Notes: generated by a model not told the origin, from the letters alone. DNA of 64,000 nt from Vulcanimicrobiota bacterium (GCA_963812155.1 CAWETW010000002.1:256001-320000); one strand, 5' to 3'; positions 25,414 to 36,975 are shown, counted from the stretch's first letter. Numbers and translations are program-made.

Positions 25414-26716
25414 GTGAACGCCACCGAACGCGCCGAAGCCATCGCCCGCACGTGGAAAGAGCCACGTTGGAACGCGACTCGCCGTCACTACTCCGCCACC
25501 GACGTCGTGCGCTTGCAAGGCAGCGTCGTCGCCGAACATACCTTGGCGCGAATGGGCGCGCAACGGCTTTGGGATGGCCTTCACGGAAGCGCCGCGACGG
25601 CGGCACTCGGTACCCTCACCGGCAATCAAGCCGTGCAGGCGGCGCGCGCCGGGCTCGATGCGATTTACTGCAGCGGCTGGCAGGTGGCCGCCGACGCCAA
25701 CGTCGCAGGCGAGATGTACCCGGATCAAAGTCTCTATCCGGTCAACAGCGTGCCTTCGGTCGTCCGGCGCATCAACAACGCGCTCGCCCGGCTCGACCAA
25801 ATCGAGTCGCTCGACGGCAACGGCGGAGCGCATTGGTTTCTTCCGATCGTCGCCGACGCCGAAGCCGGATTCGGCGGACCGCTCAACGTCTTCGAACTCA
25901 TGAAAGCGATGATCGCAGCCGGCGCGGCCGGCGTGCACTTCGAAGACCAGTTGAGTTCCGAAAAGAAATGCGGCCATCTCGGCGGCAAAGTGCTGATCCC
26001 GACGCAGCAAGCCGTGCGTCACCTCGTCGCGGCGCGGCTCGCGGCCGACGTGCTCGACGTGCCGACGATCGTCATCGCGCGCACGGATGCAAGCGCCGCC
26101 AAGCTGATCACCAGCGACGTCGATCCGATCGATCGTGAGTTTCTGAACGGAGAACGCACGGCGGAGGGCTTTTTCGTCACGCGCCCGGGCATGGACGCGT
26201 GCATCGCCCGCGGCCTCGCCTACGCGCCCTACGCCGACCTCGTGTGGATGGAAACGTCCGAGCCGAGTCTGGAGGAGGCCGAACGCTTCGCCGCCGCGAT
26301 CCGCGCCAAGTTTCCGGGCAAGATGCTCGCGTACAACTGTTCGCCGTCGTTCAACTGGAAGAAAAAACTCGACGAACGGTCGATCGCGACGTTCCGCGAA
26401 CGGCTCAACGACATGGGGTACAAGTTCCAGTTCGTGACGCTGGCCGGCTTTCACGCACTCAACTACGGCTTTTTCACGCTGTCGCACGACTTCAAGACGC
26501 CGCGGCATGAGCGCGTACGCCGACTTCCAAGAGACGGAGTTCGCGGCCGGCGCCGACGGATACACCGCGACGCGCCATCAGCGCGAGGTCGGAACCGGAT
26601 ACTTCGACGAAGTCGCGACCGTCATCGGCGAGGGGCGCAGTTCGACCACCGCGCTCGCAGGGTCGACCGAAGCCGAACAGTTCTACGAAAACGGCAAAAG
26701 CGTTCACAGCGCGTGA
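25414..26716 (+). CDS. aceA: Isocitrate lyase (apparent +1 frameshift ~26500)
   Basis: [21 protein letters not shown], catalytic KKCGH and [11 protein letters not shown]-terminal [16 protein letters not shown] is in another frame. Strong SD GGAGGAGG before GTG. Confidence 0.95.
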
Positions 26717-28218
26717 ACTTCGCCCCGGCTGATTTTTCGCTCGACCGCGATTTGCCGAGCGGATTCGGCGATTTCTACCGTTCCCTGCACGCCCGCTTTA
26801 CGTCCGAGCAGCGCCGGCTCTCCGACGCACGCGCGCGCAGGCTGACGCGCGCGAATGCCGGCGAGCGGCCGCACTACTTACCGCCTTCGCGGGCCACGAC
26901 GTCGCCGTGGAGGATCGATCTCCCCGACTGGTGTCGCGACCAGCGCAATCAAATGACCGGGCCGGCCGACGATGCGGAACTCGTCGTAAAAATGCTCAAT
27001 TCCGGCGCACCCGGCGTGATGCTCGATCTCGAAGACTCGATGGCCAACACGTGGGAGCATCTGATGCTCGGCCACGCCAACATCGTTGCCGCGCTCTACG
27101 GCGACCTCTCGTATCGCGACGCCAAGCGCGATGCGACGGTACGAATTGCACCGAGCGCAACCGTCGTGTGGAATCGCGTGCGCGGTCTCCATCTCTCGCA
27201 AGCCGGCATCTTCCCGGGCGAAACGACGAGCGCGTCGCTCTTCGATCTCGCATTGCTCGCGTTCACCGTCGATTTCGAGCGCCTGAAACATCCGCTCTGC
27301 ATCTACATTCCGAAATCGGAGTCGGCCGAGGAGGCGCTCTGGTGGAAGGACGTGTTCGACGCGCTGCTGATTGCCAAGCGATGGCCGCCCGGCTCGATCC
27401 GCGCGATGGCGCTGGTCGAATCGCATCCGCTCGCCTATGAGATGGAAGAGTTCCTCTTCAACTTGCGCGACTACATCCTCGGGCTGAACTTCGGGCGTTG
27501 GGATTACATGGCCAGCCTGATTCACTACAACTTCACCGATCCGGATTGGGTGCTTCCCGATCGCAATACGATTCCGCTCGACGTGCCGTTTTTTCAGCGG
27601 CTGCGAACGATTCTTCCGGAAATCGCGCACACGCACGGCGCGCTCGCAATCGGCGGAATGACGGCGCTCTATCCAAGCCGCGAAGATCCCGAGCTCAACG
27701 CGCGCGCGCTGGCCGTTCTCGACCGCGACAAGAAAAACGAAGCCGCGTGTTTGATGGACGGCGCGTGGACCGGCCATCCGGATCAAAACGCCATCGCCGT
27801 CGCGGCGTTTCCGGCGCCCAACCAAATCGAGCGGCGTCCGGAACTCTCCAACCGCCATCCCGACCTGCGACCGGCGCCCGCCGGAGTCGGCACGACTACC
27901 CTCGACGGCACGCACGCCGCGATACGCACCGTGATTCGCTATCGCAACGGCGTGCTCGAAGGCAAAGGCGCGAGCCTGCTCGACGGTTACATGGAAGACC
28001 TCGCCACCGACCGCATCTACCGTCTGATGATCGCGCAGCGCCTGCGTTTTCCCGGCGCGTACACGCCGGCCTCGCTCCCCGCTGCATTCGACGAAGAACT
28101 CGACCGCATTCTGCGCGAGCTGGGCGCCGGCGCGCCGCCGGAAGCACGCGCGCGTTTTCGCGAGGCGCGCGACCGTTCCGAACGCATGATCGTGGAGGGC
28201 GCCTTCGACCCGGCGTGA
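26713..28218 (+). CDS. aceB: Malate synthase (short A-type-like)
   Basis: [41 protein letters not shown] and MEDLAT; GTGA overlap with the aceA stop. Confidence 0.88.
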   Translation: MNFAPADFSLDRDLPSGFGDFYRSLHARFTSEQRRLSDARARRLTRANAGERPHYLPPSRATTSPWRIDLPDWCRDQRNQMTGPADDAELVVKMLNSGAPGVMLDLEDSMANTWEHLMLGHANIVAALYGDLSYRDAKRDATVRIAPSATVVWNRVRGLHLSQAGIFPGETTSASLFDLALLAFTVDFERLKHPLCIYIPKSESAEEALWWKDVFDALLIAKRWPPGSIRAMALVESHPLAYEMEEFLFNLRDYILGLNFGRWDYMASLIHYNFTDPDWVLPDRNTIPLDVPFFQRLRTILPEIAHTHGALAIGGMTALYPSREDPELNARALAVLDRDKKNEAACLMDGAWTGHPDQNAIAVAAFPAPNQIERRPELSNRHPDLRPAPAGVGTTTLDGTHAAIRTVIRYRNGVLEGKGASLLDGYMEDLATDRIYRLMIAQRLRFPGAYTPASLPAAFDEELDRILRELGAGAPPEARARFREARDRSERMIVEGAFDPA

Positions 28219-28231
28219 AACGCCGCTTGCC

Positions 28232-29755
28232 GTGAACGAACACCGCAGCGTGCGCATTCCGCTGATCGCAGCGGCGTTGACGCTCGTCGCGCACCTCGCC
28301 GGCAATCCTCACTACGGATTTTTCCGCGACGAACTGTACTTCATCATCTGCGGATTCCACCCGGCGTGGGGCTACGTCGATCAGCCGCCCGTCGCACCGC
28401 TCTTGGCGGCCGGCTCGCAACTCTTCGGACAGTCGCTCTTCCTCTTACGGGCGGTCCCCGCGATCTTCGCGGCTGCCGGCGTGTACGTCGCCTGCCGGCT
28501 CGTCATCGAGATGGGCGGAGGCGCGTTCGCGCAGATCGTCGCCGCGCTCGCGGTGTTTTTCGCCAACGTGCTGATGTCGTTCGGCATGAAAGTCGGGCCG
28601 GACATGGTGGGGCTGTGGCTGTGGCCGCTGACGGCCCTCTACGTGCTGCGCATCGCCAAGGGCGCCGACCCGCGCTGGTGGCTGGCCGCGGGTGCGGCGC
28701 TGGGCGTGAGTCTCGAAAGCAAGTACAGCGCGGCATTCTTCGGCTTCGCGCTCGTCACCGGATTGCTGATTTCGCCGCAGCGGCGAATTCTTGCATCGCG
28801 CTGGTTCGTGGCAGGCGCGGCGGTTGCCGCGCTGATTGCGCTGCCGAACTTCCTGTGGCAGGCGCACTACGGTTTTCCGATGCTCGAACTGCTCCGCAAC
28901 GGACAGAACGGAAAGAACGTCGTCGCGGGACCCGTGCTCTATCTCGTGCAGCAGCTTCTGCTGACGAATCTGTTTCTTTCGCCGGTTTGGATCGTGGGGC
29001 TCGTCGCGCTGCTGGTACGGCCGGCGCCCGCGCGGTTTCTCGGATGGACCTACGTGGCGCTCATCGCGCTGATGATTCTCATGCACGGCAAGCACTATTA
29101 TCCCGGCGACGTGTATCCGATCGTCATCGCGGCCGGCGCCGTGGAGATTGCGGCATGGATTGGGCGCAGGCCGGCGCTGCAGGTTGCGCTTGCGGCCGTC
29201 ATGGTGGCGGCCGGACTCTTTTTCTTACCGTTTTCTTTGCCCGTGCTCTCGGAAGATTCGATGATGGCCTACGGTGGATTGGTCGGACGCGTGCTGCACG
29301 TGAACAAGTCGACGATGGCGACCGAACGCCATCAAAATGCCGATCTTCCCACCGACTGGGCCGACATGCACGGCTGGCCGGAACTCACCGCAACGGTGGC
29401 GCGGGTTTACGCCGCGCTGCCGCCCGGTCAACGCGGGCGCGCGGCCATCGTCGCGAGCAACTACGGCGAGGCGGCGGCGATCGATTTCTTCGGCAAGGCG
29501 TACGGCCTGCCGCCGGCGCTTTCGGGCCACAACAACTATTGGCTCTGGGGACCGCGCGGCTATACCGGCGACGTCGTCATCGACGTCAACGGCGACTGCG
29601 GCGCATCGGCGTATCTCTATCGCAGCGCGCGGCTCGCCGCGCGCTCCAATCCACCGTGGGTCATCTCCTACGAGCGCGACATTCCGATCATGGTTTGCAC
29701 GCGGCCGCAGAGCGATCTCCGCACGATCTGGCCCTCCCTCAAGAACTATATTTAA
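28232..29755 (+). CDS. GT-C glycosyltransferase family 39/ArnT-like membrane protein
   Basis: YGFFRDELY, WGYVDQPP, ~11 TM segments, NYGEAAA and SGHNNYW.WGP. Confidence 0.82.
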   Translation: MNEHRSVRIPLIAAALTLVAHLAGNPHYGFFRDELYFIICGFHPAWGYVDQPPVAPLLAAGSQLFGQSLFLLRAVPAIFAAAGVYVACRLVIEMGGGAFAQIVAALAVFFANVLMSFGMKVGPDMVGLWLWPLTALYVLRIAKGADPRWWLAAGAALGVSLESKYSAAFFGFALVTGLLISPQRRILASRWFVAGAAVAALIALPNFLWQAHYGFPMLELLRNGQNGKNVVAGPVLYLVQQLLLTNLFLSPVWIVGLVALLVRPAPARFLGWTYVALIALMILMHGKHYYPGDVYPIVIAAGAVEIAAWIGRRPALQVALAAVMVAAGLFFLPFSLPVLSEDSMMAYGGLVGRVLHVNKSTMATERHQNADLPTDWADMHGWPELTATVARVYAALPPGQRGRAAIVASNYGEAAAIDFFGKAYGLPPALSGHNNYWLWGPRGYTGDVVIDVNGDCGASAYLYRSARLAARSNPPWVISYERDIPIMVCTRPQSDLRTIWPSLKNYI

Positions 29756-29756
29756 A

Positions 29757-29856
29757 GGAAGCTCTGATTTTTTCCAAATCTAGGAACCGAGGGCCGACGT
29801 TTGCTACGGCAAATGAGGCCCGAGGTGACAACGAGTTGGGAAATATCAGAGCTTCC
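29757..29856 (+). repeat. ~100-nt structured palindromic element, copy 1
   Basis: Outer stem GGAAGCTCTGAT/ATCAGAGCTTCC; core nearly identical to 38248-38349; cTACGg loop. Confidence 0.85.
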
Positions 29857-31200
29857 CTAGTGGTCGTCGGGCGGCCGCAAGTCATCGCGCCGGTTCAGGA
29901 AGAACGCCGCCTTTTGCGGTGCGTCAATCGGCGCGAACGCGCGCGGCGGGTTCGCAAAGTCGAAGCAGTCCAGTGCCGGCGAGTTGGCGCGCGCATCGCT
30001 GGCCGCCAAGCGTCCCAAACCGAAAGCGTCTTCCGCGAACTTCAAAATGCTGCCGTGCTCGTAGCGAACGTGCGAAACGTAGCCGTGCTTTGCGTAAGGA
30101 GAAATCACGAGCAGCGGCACGCGAAAGCCGAGGCCGTCGTCGTCGACGTGCGGGGGCGTCACGTGATCGTAGAGCCCGCCCCAATCGTCCCACATGACGA
30201 AAATTGCGGTCGAACTCCAGAACCTCGACTCGCCGACGGCGTTCACCACGGCAGTCACCCACGACGGGCCGTAACCGCCGCCGCAGTTGGGATGATCCGA
30301 CGCTTCGCACGTGGGCGTGATCCACGTGACGTTCGCAAGCGTTCCGGCGGCGACGTCTTTGAGGAAGCGCTTCTGCGGCGTGACGACGTTCTTCCAATCC
30401 GGACCGTAGCGAATGTGCCGAACGGCCTGATACCCCGACCAAACGCCGTCGGCCGGATCGTCGATGCGGCTGCTGTAGAACCGCCAGGTGCGGCCGGCCG
30501 CATCGAGCTCGTCGCCCAACGTTTGGTAGTCGAAGCAGGGATGCTGAGGATTGCCGAACGCGCGATCCTTCTTCAGGGTTTCGACGAAGTTGTGCTTGTT
30601 TCCGCATCCCCAGTCGGGCAAGAACGGGATGTCGACGCTCGATTGCGCCTGCGCCGCGATGATGTATTGATGCGAGACGAAACTTTCGTCGAGATGCGAT
30701 TGGTGCATGTCGTCGGCGAGCACCCATTCGTTCGCCATGTCGAAATACGGCTTACTTTCGCGGTGCGGGACGTAGACGTACTCGCCGTCACGCGGACCGC
30801 CGAGCTGCCGTTCGCGATCGAATCCGTCCATGCGGCACTGCGTTCCCGGTACTTTGCCGGCTCCGTCGCACGCCGCGAACATGGCTGCGGCCGAATGATC
30901 GATGTCGTACTGCGTCTTCAAACTCATCGGCCGCAGCGCAATGGATTTTCCGGTCGAGCTCTTTCCGGTGGCGACCGTGTTGGCGCCCGGATAGCCTTGA
31001 AAGAGATTGTCGAAGCTCCGGTTCTCCTGCACGACGATGACGACGTGCGCAATTTTGTCTACCGGCCGCCCGTTGCGGGCAACTGCCGGTTCGACGCCGC
31101 TTCCGGTCGCTGCACGCGGGCCGTACGCGCACGCCGCCAGCGCGAGCGCCGCGAACGCGGCGACCGCTCGGAAGCGACGGCGGTAAAAAACCGGCGGCAT
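29857..31200 (-). CDS. Phosphoesterase/phospholipase C family lipoprotein
   Basis: Lipobox [31 protein letters not shown] and GFRVP..ISPY. Confidence 0.88.
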   Translation of the reverse strand: MPPVFYRRRFRAVAAFAALALAACAYGPRAATGSGVEPAVARNGRPVDKIAHVVIVVQENRSFDNLFQGYPGANTVATGKSSTGKSIALRPMSLKTQYDIDHSAAAMFAACDGAGKVPGTQCRMDGFDRERQLGGPRDGEYVYVPHRESKPYFDMANEWVLADDMHQSHLDESFVSHQYIIAAQAQSSVDIPFLPDWGCGNKHNFVETLKKDRAFGNPQHPCFDYQTLGDELDAAGRTWRFYSSRIDDPADGVWSGYQAVRHIRYGPDWKNVVTPQKRFLKDVAAGTLANVTWITPTCEASDHPNCGGGYGPSWVTAVVNAVGESRFWSSTAIFVMWDDWGGLYDHVTPPHVDDDGLGFRVPLLVISPYAKHGYVSHVRYEHGSILKFAEDAFGLGRLAASDARANSPALDCFDFANPPRAFAPIDAPQKAAFFLNRRDDLRPPDDH

Positions 31201-31214
31201 GGCGCGCTCTGATT

Positions 31215-32102
31215 TTATTCCGGCAGTCCCAGCGCCTGCAGCAGTCGCGGATAGACGAGGCCGGTGCGCGCGAGCGGATTTTGCGGATCCACGATGTCGT
31301 GGTTGATTGGGAGCCCGCGCAACTCGATGTAGTCGACGCCGCCGGGAATCCAGCCTTGCCACTCGCGCACGATCGCTTCGGTCACCTCGTTGTTCACCGC
31401 CGGATCGCTGTGGTTGACTACCGTCACGATGCGTCCGGCGCGCGGTGCTTGCCGGCGCGCCGCCGCGTAGACGTCGTCGCCAACCGCGAGCGTCTGCGCG
31501 AGCGCTCGCGTCGAGTACCGCGGGTACGCCGTGACCGGGCGATGGTGCTCGCGGTCGCGTGGGTCCCACCACAGGAAAAAGTTCGGCAGCGTCGCGAGCA
31601 CGCGAGCCGCGAGTTTGCTTGCCGGATACGGCAGCTCGAGCAGCGCGAAGCTTGGAGCGACCGGCACCGCGAGATCGACCGCGCGGAACGCAGCCGCATG
31701 GGCGGCGAGTACGCCGCCCATCGAGATGCCGAGAACCGCGACGCGTTCGCCTAACCCCGCGGCGGCGTCGAGCGCGCCGGCAACCGCGTGCAGCAACGCC
31801 GTCGCCTTCAGTTCGGCGATCGACGCCGTCATCCGGTCGCGAGCGCCGTGTTCGGGCATGCGCGGAACGAAGACGTTTGCGCCGCGCGCGAAAATCAGCG
31901 GAGCGAGTTCTGCGTATTGCGCGGGATTGTTCGTAAATCCGTGCAGCGGCACGACGGCAAGCGGCACGCGCCGTCCGTGTTCCAACAGCAGGGTCTTTGC
32001 AGCGGGAAGAATCTCCTCGCCGTCGAGCGCCATGACGGCACGCGCGCGCGCAATGCCTTCCGCGTACGTCTGCGCCGGATCGGCGGCTGGAAATGCGACC
32101 AC
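31215..32102 (-). CDS. Alpha/beta hydrolase (start uncertain, 32102-32150)
   Basis: LHGFTN, PRMPEHG, GISMGG nucleophile elbow and C-terminal NHDIVDP. Confidence 0.8.
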   Translation of the reverse strand: MVAFPAADPAQTYAEGIARARAVMALDGEEILPAAKTLLLEHGRRVPLAVVPLHGFTNNPAQYAELAPLIFARGANVFVPRMPEHGARDRMTASIAELKATALLHAVAGALDAAAGLGERVAVLGISMGGVLAAHAAAFRAVDLAVPVAPSFALLELPYPASKLAARVLATLPNFFLWWDPRDREHHRPVTAYPRYSTRALAQTLAVGDDVYAAARRQAPRAGRIVTVVNHSDPAVNNEVTEAIVREWQGWIPGGVDYIELRGLPINHDIVDPQNPLARTGLVYPRLLQALGLPE

Positions 32103-32143
32103 GCGGGGGCGTTGGCGCGCCCGCGCGAATCGACCTTTCGACC

Positions 32144-32710
32144 ATGGCACGACGAATCACGCCCAACCTACGGTGCTCGTGGGCGACGAGCGAACTTTCG
32201 ATTCCCTATCACGACCGCGAGTGGGGCCGCCCGGTTCACGACGACCGGCGGCTCTTCGAGATGTTGACGCTCGAGGGCGCGCAGGCAGGGTTGAGTTGGG
32301 AAACGATCTTGCGCAAACGCGAGCGGTACCGTCGCGTCTTCCACGATTTCGATCCTGCGCGAGTTGCAAGAATGCGGCCTGCCTCGGTGGAGCGTATTCT
32401 CGGCGACCCTGGCGTCGTGCGCAATCGCGCTAAGATCGAATCGGTCGTTTCTAATGCGAAGGCATTCGTCGCAGTGCAACGCGAATTCGGCTCGTTCGAT
32501 GCATTTATCTGGCAGTTCACCGGCGGCAAGCCGCGCGCCGAAACGCGCCGCAGCCGGGACGAGTTACCTGCGGCGACTCCGCAGTCGGAAGCCATGAGCG
32601 CGGCCTTGCGCGCACGCGGCTTTCGGTTCGTCGGGCCGACGATCTGTTACGCGTTCATGCAAGCCGTCGGCATGGTGAACGACCACCTCACGACGTGTCC
32701 GTGGCGGTAG
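32144..32710 (+). CDS. tag: DNA-3-methyladenine glycosylase I
   Basis: [51 protein letters not shown]. Confidence 0.95.
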   Translation: MARRITPNLRCSWATSELSIPYHDREWGRPVHDDRRLFEMLTLEGAQAGLSWETILRKRERYRRVFHDFDPARVARMRPASVERILGDPGVVRNRAKIESVVSNAKAFVAVQREFGSFDAFIWQFTGGKPRAETRRSRDELPAATPQSEAMSAALRARGFRFVGPTICYAFMQAVGMVNDHLTTCPWR

Positions 32711-33566
32711 CAGCCCCAGCCACGGGATCGATCGCCGACAAAATTTCCGGATAGACGCGATCCGCGAGCCCTCCGCGGCGCAGCGGTTCGATGATGTCGT
32801 GCGACAACGGCAGGCCCCCGAGCGCGCGCACCTCGACGCAGCCCGGCCGATGCGCTTGCCAGCGCGCGTACAGCCGCCGGATCGCGCGGTTGTTCACGCC
32901 GGACTCGCGCGCGTTGACGACGAGCACGGCGTGCCGAGCCAACGGCTCGCCGGCTGCCGCTTCGTCCAGCACGGTGCGCGCCACGCGATACGCGTGTGCG
33001 AGCGCGTGCGTCGAGTAGCGCGGATAGCCGTGCTCGGGCATCTGGCGCTCGCGCACGATTGGATCCCACCAGTGGAAGCGGTTGGGAACGTGCAGCAGCA
33101 ATTCGGCGAGCGCCGTCATCAGTCGCGCCGGAATCCATGCCACGCCGAGGAACGGCGCGATCGCCACGCAACGGTCGATCTCGTAATGCTGCGCGCTCCA
33201 TGCGGCCAGCAAACCGCCCAGCGAGAAGCCCGCAATCGTCACCCGGTCGCCGAGTTCGCGCGCGATGGAGACGTAATCGCCGGCGGCGACGTAGAGTTCG
33301 TCGGGGCGCAGACGGGCCAGCGCCGTCGACAGACGATCGGCGTGACCGTGATGCGGTAAGCGTGGAACGAGGACGTTGTGTCCGCGCGCGTAGAGATCGC
33401 GCGCATACCGATCGAACTGTGCCGGACTCGAGCTCATGCCGTGCAGCAACACGACCGCACGCGGCCGGCGCCCTTCATGCAGGTGCGCGATGGTGCGGCC
33501 TTTTTCGCCGACGCGAGCATGATCGCGGGCCAAGAGCCGGTCGAGACTCGTCCAAGAGGTTCCCAA
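32688..33566 (-). CDS. Alpha/beta hydrolase, paralog of 31215-32102 (start uncertain)
   Basis: LHGMSS, PRLPHHG, GFSLGG, WWDP..YPRYST and SHDIIEP. Confidence 0.8.
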   Translation of the reverse strand: MGTSWTSLDRLLARDHARVGEKGRTIAHLHEGRRPRAVVLLHGMSSSPAQFDRYARDLYARGHNVLVPRLPHHGHADRLSTALARLRPDELYVAAGDYVSIARELGDRVTIAGFSLGGLLAAWSAQHYEIDRCVAIAPFLGVAWIPARLMTALAELLLHVPNRFHWWDPIVRERQMPEHGYPRYSTHALAHAYRVARTVLDEAAAGEPLARHAVLVVNARESGVNNRAIRRLYARWQAHRPGCVEVRALGGLPLSHDIIEPLRRGGLADRVYPEILSAIDPVAGAATATDTS

Positions 33567-33676
33567 GGGATGCGTCCTTAAGTCAGCCCGTGAAGTGTTC
33601 CTCGAACGCGGGCCGGCTGCGCCCCCGCGGTCCCGCTCCTCGAGCGGTAAACACACGCGGCGCTTTGTGGAATTCG

Positions 33677-34888
33677 ATGCCGATACTTTCGGAACGCGCC
33701 CGCGATCTCGTCGCCGCCGAAGAACGCTACGGCGCTCACAACTATCATCCGCTCGACCTCATCGTCGATCGCGCGGAGGGCGTGTGGTTATGGGACGTCG
33801 ACGGAAAGAAGTACCTCGACTGCATCAGCGCCTACTCCGCGGTCAATCAGGGACATTGCCATCCGCGCATCGCGGCGGCGCTGCTGGAACAATCGAAAAA
33901 AGTCACGCTGACGTCGCGCGCGATGCGCAACGACCGGATGCCGGGATTTCTCGAGAAACTGACGCGCGTCTGCGGATTCGAGATGGCCCTTCCGACGAAC
34001 ACCGGCGTCGAGGCGGTCGAAACCGGCATCAAGCTCGCGCGCCGCTGGGGATATGAGGTCAAAGGCATTCGGGAAAACGCCGCTGAGATCGTCGTGTTCT
34101 CCGACAACTTCCACGGGCGCACGATATCGGCGATCAGCGCAAGTTCGACGCCGGAGTATCGCAAGGATTTCGGACCGTTCGTTCCAGGTTTCGTATGCGT
34201 TCCGTTCGGCGACGCCGACGCTCTCGAGCGAGCGCTGACGCCCGAAACCTGCGCTATTCTGATCGAGCCGATTCAAGGCGAAGGCGGCGTCAACGTCCCG
34301 CCCGACGGATACCTCAAGCGCGCGTGGGCGCTCTGCCGCGAACATCGCGCGCTCTTCATTGCCGACGAGATTCAGACCGGATTCGGCCGCACGGGCGACT
34401 TGTTCGCGTGCGACTACGACGGCATCAAACCCGACGTACTGCTCGTCGGCAAAGCGCTGGGCGGCGGCTACTATCCCGTCTCCGCAACGCTCGCCGATGC
34501 TTCGCTGATGCGGTTGTTTCGTCCGGGCGAGCACGGCAGCACCTTCGGCGGCAATCCGCTCGGATGCGCCGTCGCCGAAGCCGCACTCGACGTGCTCGTC
34601 GACGAGAACCTCGCGTCGCGCGCGCGCTACGCCGGCGCGAAGATCATGCAGGGTCTGCGCGCGATCGGTTCGCCGCTCGTCACGGAGCTTCGCGGGCGCG
34701 GGCTGCTGATCGGCATCCAACTGACCGTTCCGGCACGCCGGGTGTCCGAAGCGCTGCTCGAGCGCGGCGTCGCCGCGAAAGATACGCACGAGATGGTGCT
34801 GCGAATCGCGCCGCCACTGGTGATCGACGACGCGGCAATCGATTACTTCCTCGAACGGTTCCGCGACGCCATCAAAAGCGTCGCGTAA
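33677..34888 (+). CDS. rocD: Ornithine--oxo-acid aminotransferase
   Basis: GAHNYHPL, SAYSAVNQGHCHP, FHGRT, EPIQGEGG, DEIQTG.GRTG, GKALGGG and HGSTFGGNP. Confidence 0.93.
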   Translation: MPILSERARDLVAAEERYGAHNYHPLDLIVDRAEGVWLWDVDGKKYLDCISAYSAVNQGHCHPRIAAALLEQSKKVTLTSRAMRNDRMPGFLEKLTRVCGFEMALPTNTGVEAVETGIKLARRWGYEVKGIRENAAEIVVFSDNFHGRTISAISASSTPEYRKDFGPFVPGFVCVPFGDADALERALTPETCAILIEPIQGEGGVNVPPDGYLKRAWALCREHRALFIADEIQTGFGRTGDLFACDYDGIKPDVLLVGKALGGGYYPVSATLADASLMRLFRPGEHGSTFGGNPLGCAVAEAALDVLVDENLASRARYAGAKIMQGLRAIGSPLVTELRGRGLLIGIQLTVPARRVSEALLERGVAAKDTHEMVLRIAPPLVIDDAAIDYFLERFRDAIKSVA

Positions 34889-34899
34889 TCTCGGGCCCG

Positions 34900-36765
34900 C
34901 TACTTCGACAGCGGAGCGATCACCTCCGACAGGCGATCCGGCGTGCCGTCGATTCGAACGAGATGCGGATAGCGCGGTCCGCCACCGTATGCAATCGAGA
35001 TCGTGCGGTAGACGTCGCCGTGCTGCACGAGCAGCGCAATCGGCTGCTGATTGCGAGAGGCCGCCTCAAGTGCGTCGTACAGCAAATCGCTCGAATAACT
35101 GCGGCCGTTGACGGCGACGAGTTTCGTATCGATGCCTAAGCTCGCATTCCACGCCGGCGAACCCGCGCGCACGTCCGCGACGGTACCGGCAGTCGCGGAG
35201 AAACCGAGCGAATACCAAAAATTGTCTTTATGCACCCAGTGCGAGGGTTGGTTGGTGTAGACGAGCCGCCACCCGTCTGCAGTGAATCCATCGGGCGGAT
35301 GAATCGCGATCTCGTCGATCCACGTGCGGAAGAATGCGTTCCAGTCGTAGGGGACGATCGCGTTGAGTGCGGCGACGACGTCGGGCCGATCGTAGGTTAC
35401 GACCGACGGACCGGTATCGTTGCCCCCGAAGAAGGCTCGCGCAAGCGTGTCGAGCGACTCGCGATCGCCGGTCTGCGCGCGAACGATCGAGTCGGCCTTC
35501 AGCCACATGAGTTCCGACTCTGAATAAAAGTCCGCGCCGCGGCGCTCGGCGCCGTATCCGCGCGGCGCCAAATAGATAAACGGTCCGGACACGGCCGTGT
35601 CGCCGAGCGTGCGCCAACGACGCCCCGGCTGATTGTCGTACGATGCATAAACGGCGGCGATGTGATCGGGATACGTGTAAGGTTTGCGAATCCCGTCGCG
35701 CCACGACATCACGTTGCCGTAGTACTGCGTCATCCCTTCGTAGACCCACAGCAGCGAGTCGTCGTAGGGCAGCTGCAAGTTCGATTGATAGAGACCGGCG
35801 GGCATGCGGTACTTGCCGTCCCACGAATGATTGAACTCGTGCGATAAGAGATCGGCGCCCCGGTCGAGCGATTCCGGATTGGTGAGATAGTCGCCGCCCG
35901 CGCCGTCGTCGCTCGATTCGTGATGCTCGATGCCCTCGCCGGGCATCGCATCGGAGAGGGTGAGCAGGAAGTTGTAATTGCGCCAATGGCGCGCGCCGTA
36001 CATTGCCAGCATTTCGCGCACGAGTTTTGCGTACGCTCCGACGGTGGCGGGCGGCACGGCGAGTTCCTCGGGCGTGTCCGCAAAGGCGTTGAGATACGCC
36101 GCCGCGCCGCCGTCGTTCCACAACAGCCATCGCTTGTAGTTCACGCCGGCGTCGAGCGGTGAATCGATCAAATGCTCGAGCGAGACGTCGTCGAAAGACA
36201 CGAAGTTCCCGTTGCGCCGCGCTCCCGTCAACGCGGTTGCGAACTGCCAGTCTTCGGCGGGCAGCAGAATCGACGGTTTGAAGAGGCTGTTCGAGATCGT
36301 GCCGGTCGACGGATAGAGCAAGTTTTGGTGCCACGTCATGACGAGCATGTTGGGCGTCGCGAGCCGGGCCGTCGAATAGCGGCCGAACGTCGCGCCGATG
36401 TATGCCGCCGCCACCTCAATTGACGACGCGCCGGCCGGAACGTCGACGTCGAAGGCGTAGAGGTCGCGCGGCTCGCGATGCCATACGAGCGGCGCACCGT
36501 TGGCGGAGATCGTCAAGCCGACGAAATTGGCGATCGGACCGGCCGGCATGTGCTCCCCGGGAATCCATTGCGGATAGTAGAGGACGAGCTTTCCGGGCGA
36601 AACCGGGATCGTTTCGCGGGTGAACACGACGTTTTGGGACGGAGCCTTGGATGCGTCGACCTGGAGAACGATCGGCGTTTCGGCGCGGGCGATCCCGCAG
36701 CACGCGACGGAAAAAACCAGGGCCGCGACGCCGGCGAGCCCGTGGCACGACCTTCGACCCGGCAT
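34900..36765 (-). CDS. M61 glycyl aminopeptidase with C-terminal PDZ, secreted
   Basis: Signal peptide, YPQWIPGEH, GIEH, HEFNH zinc motif, WVYEGMTQY and GSPA PDZ. Confidence 0.9.
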   Translation of the reverse strand: MPGRRSCHGLAGVAALVFSVACCGIARAETPIVLQVDASKAPSQNVVFTRETIPVSPGKLVLYYPQWIPGEHMPAGPIANFVGLTISANGAPLVWHREPRDLYAFDVDVPAGASSIEVAAAYIGATFGRYSTARLATPNMLVMTWHQNLLYPSTGTISNSLFKPSILLPAEDWQFATALTGARRNGNFVSFDDVSLEHLIDSPLDAGVNYKRWLLWNDGGAAAYLNAFADTPEELAVPPATVGAYAKLVREMLAMYGARHWRNYNFLLTLSDAMPGEGIEHHESSDDGAGGDYLTNPESLDRGADLLSHEFNHSWDGKYRMPAGLYQSNLQLPYDDSLLWVYEGMTQYYGNVMSWRDGIRKPYTYPDHIAAVYASYDNQPGRRWRTLGDTAVSGPFIYLAPRGYGAERRGADFYSESELMWLKADSIVRAQTGDRESLDTLARAFFGGNDTGPSVVTYDRPDVVAALNAIVPYDWNAFFRTWIDEIAIHPPDGFTADGWRLVYTNQPSHWVHKDNFWYSLGFSATAGTVADVRAGSPAWNASLGIDTKLVAVNGRSYSSDLLYDALEAASRNQQPIALLVQHGDVYRTISIAYGGGPRYPHLVRIDGTPDRLSEVIAPLSK

Positions 36766-36788
36766 GCAGCCGTCATATAAGAAGCGCC

Positions 36789-36819
36789 TTGACATTCCCC
36801 CTGCCGCCCGTGATATGCT
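36789..36819 (+). promoter_or_regulatory. Putative sigma70 promoter of the infC operon
   Basis: TTGACA at 36789 and extended -10 TGATATGCT at 36811-36819. The spacer (19 nt) is long. Confidence 0.5.
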
Positions 36820-36828
36820 CGGCGGGCC

Positions 36829-36956
36829 GAAGAAGCGACCCCAGGCTGCGAAGCTTGCGAACGCTCACCGGATGCCTGCGGGCGATCCGGTCTTCACTCG
36901 AGGAGCCGTCGGCCGGTTCCGCACGGTGGGGCTGCTCCGGCGGCGCCATTTTTTTC
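36829..36956 (+). ncRNA. Probable L20 leader (ribosomal-protein autoregulatory attenuator)
   Basis: Lies 5' of infC-rpmI-rplT. Shows an AGAAGC..CTCACC pattern, hairpin ACCGGAT..ATCCGGT, and a terminator stem 36926-36949 plus T7. The 5' CCCCA can pair with the terminator's TGGGG. Confidence 0.65.
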
Positions 36957-36975
36957 TTTCTGGGGTTTTTGGGGA

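Noticed and set aside
24637..28218. Apparent 1193-aa isocitrate lyase-malate synthase fusion
   Set aside because: The conserved ICL C-terminus lies in another frame (26507-26716) ending in a GTGA overlap with aceB. The fusion results from a 1-nt indel.
29757..29856. Repeat element as a known self-cleaving ribozyme, tRNA or CRISPR repeat
   Set aside because: It has no hammerhead core (CUGAnGA/GAAA), no cloverleaf and no spacer array.
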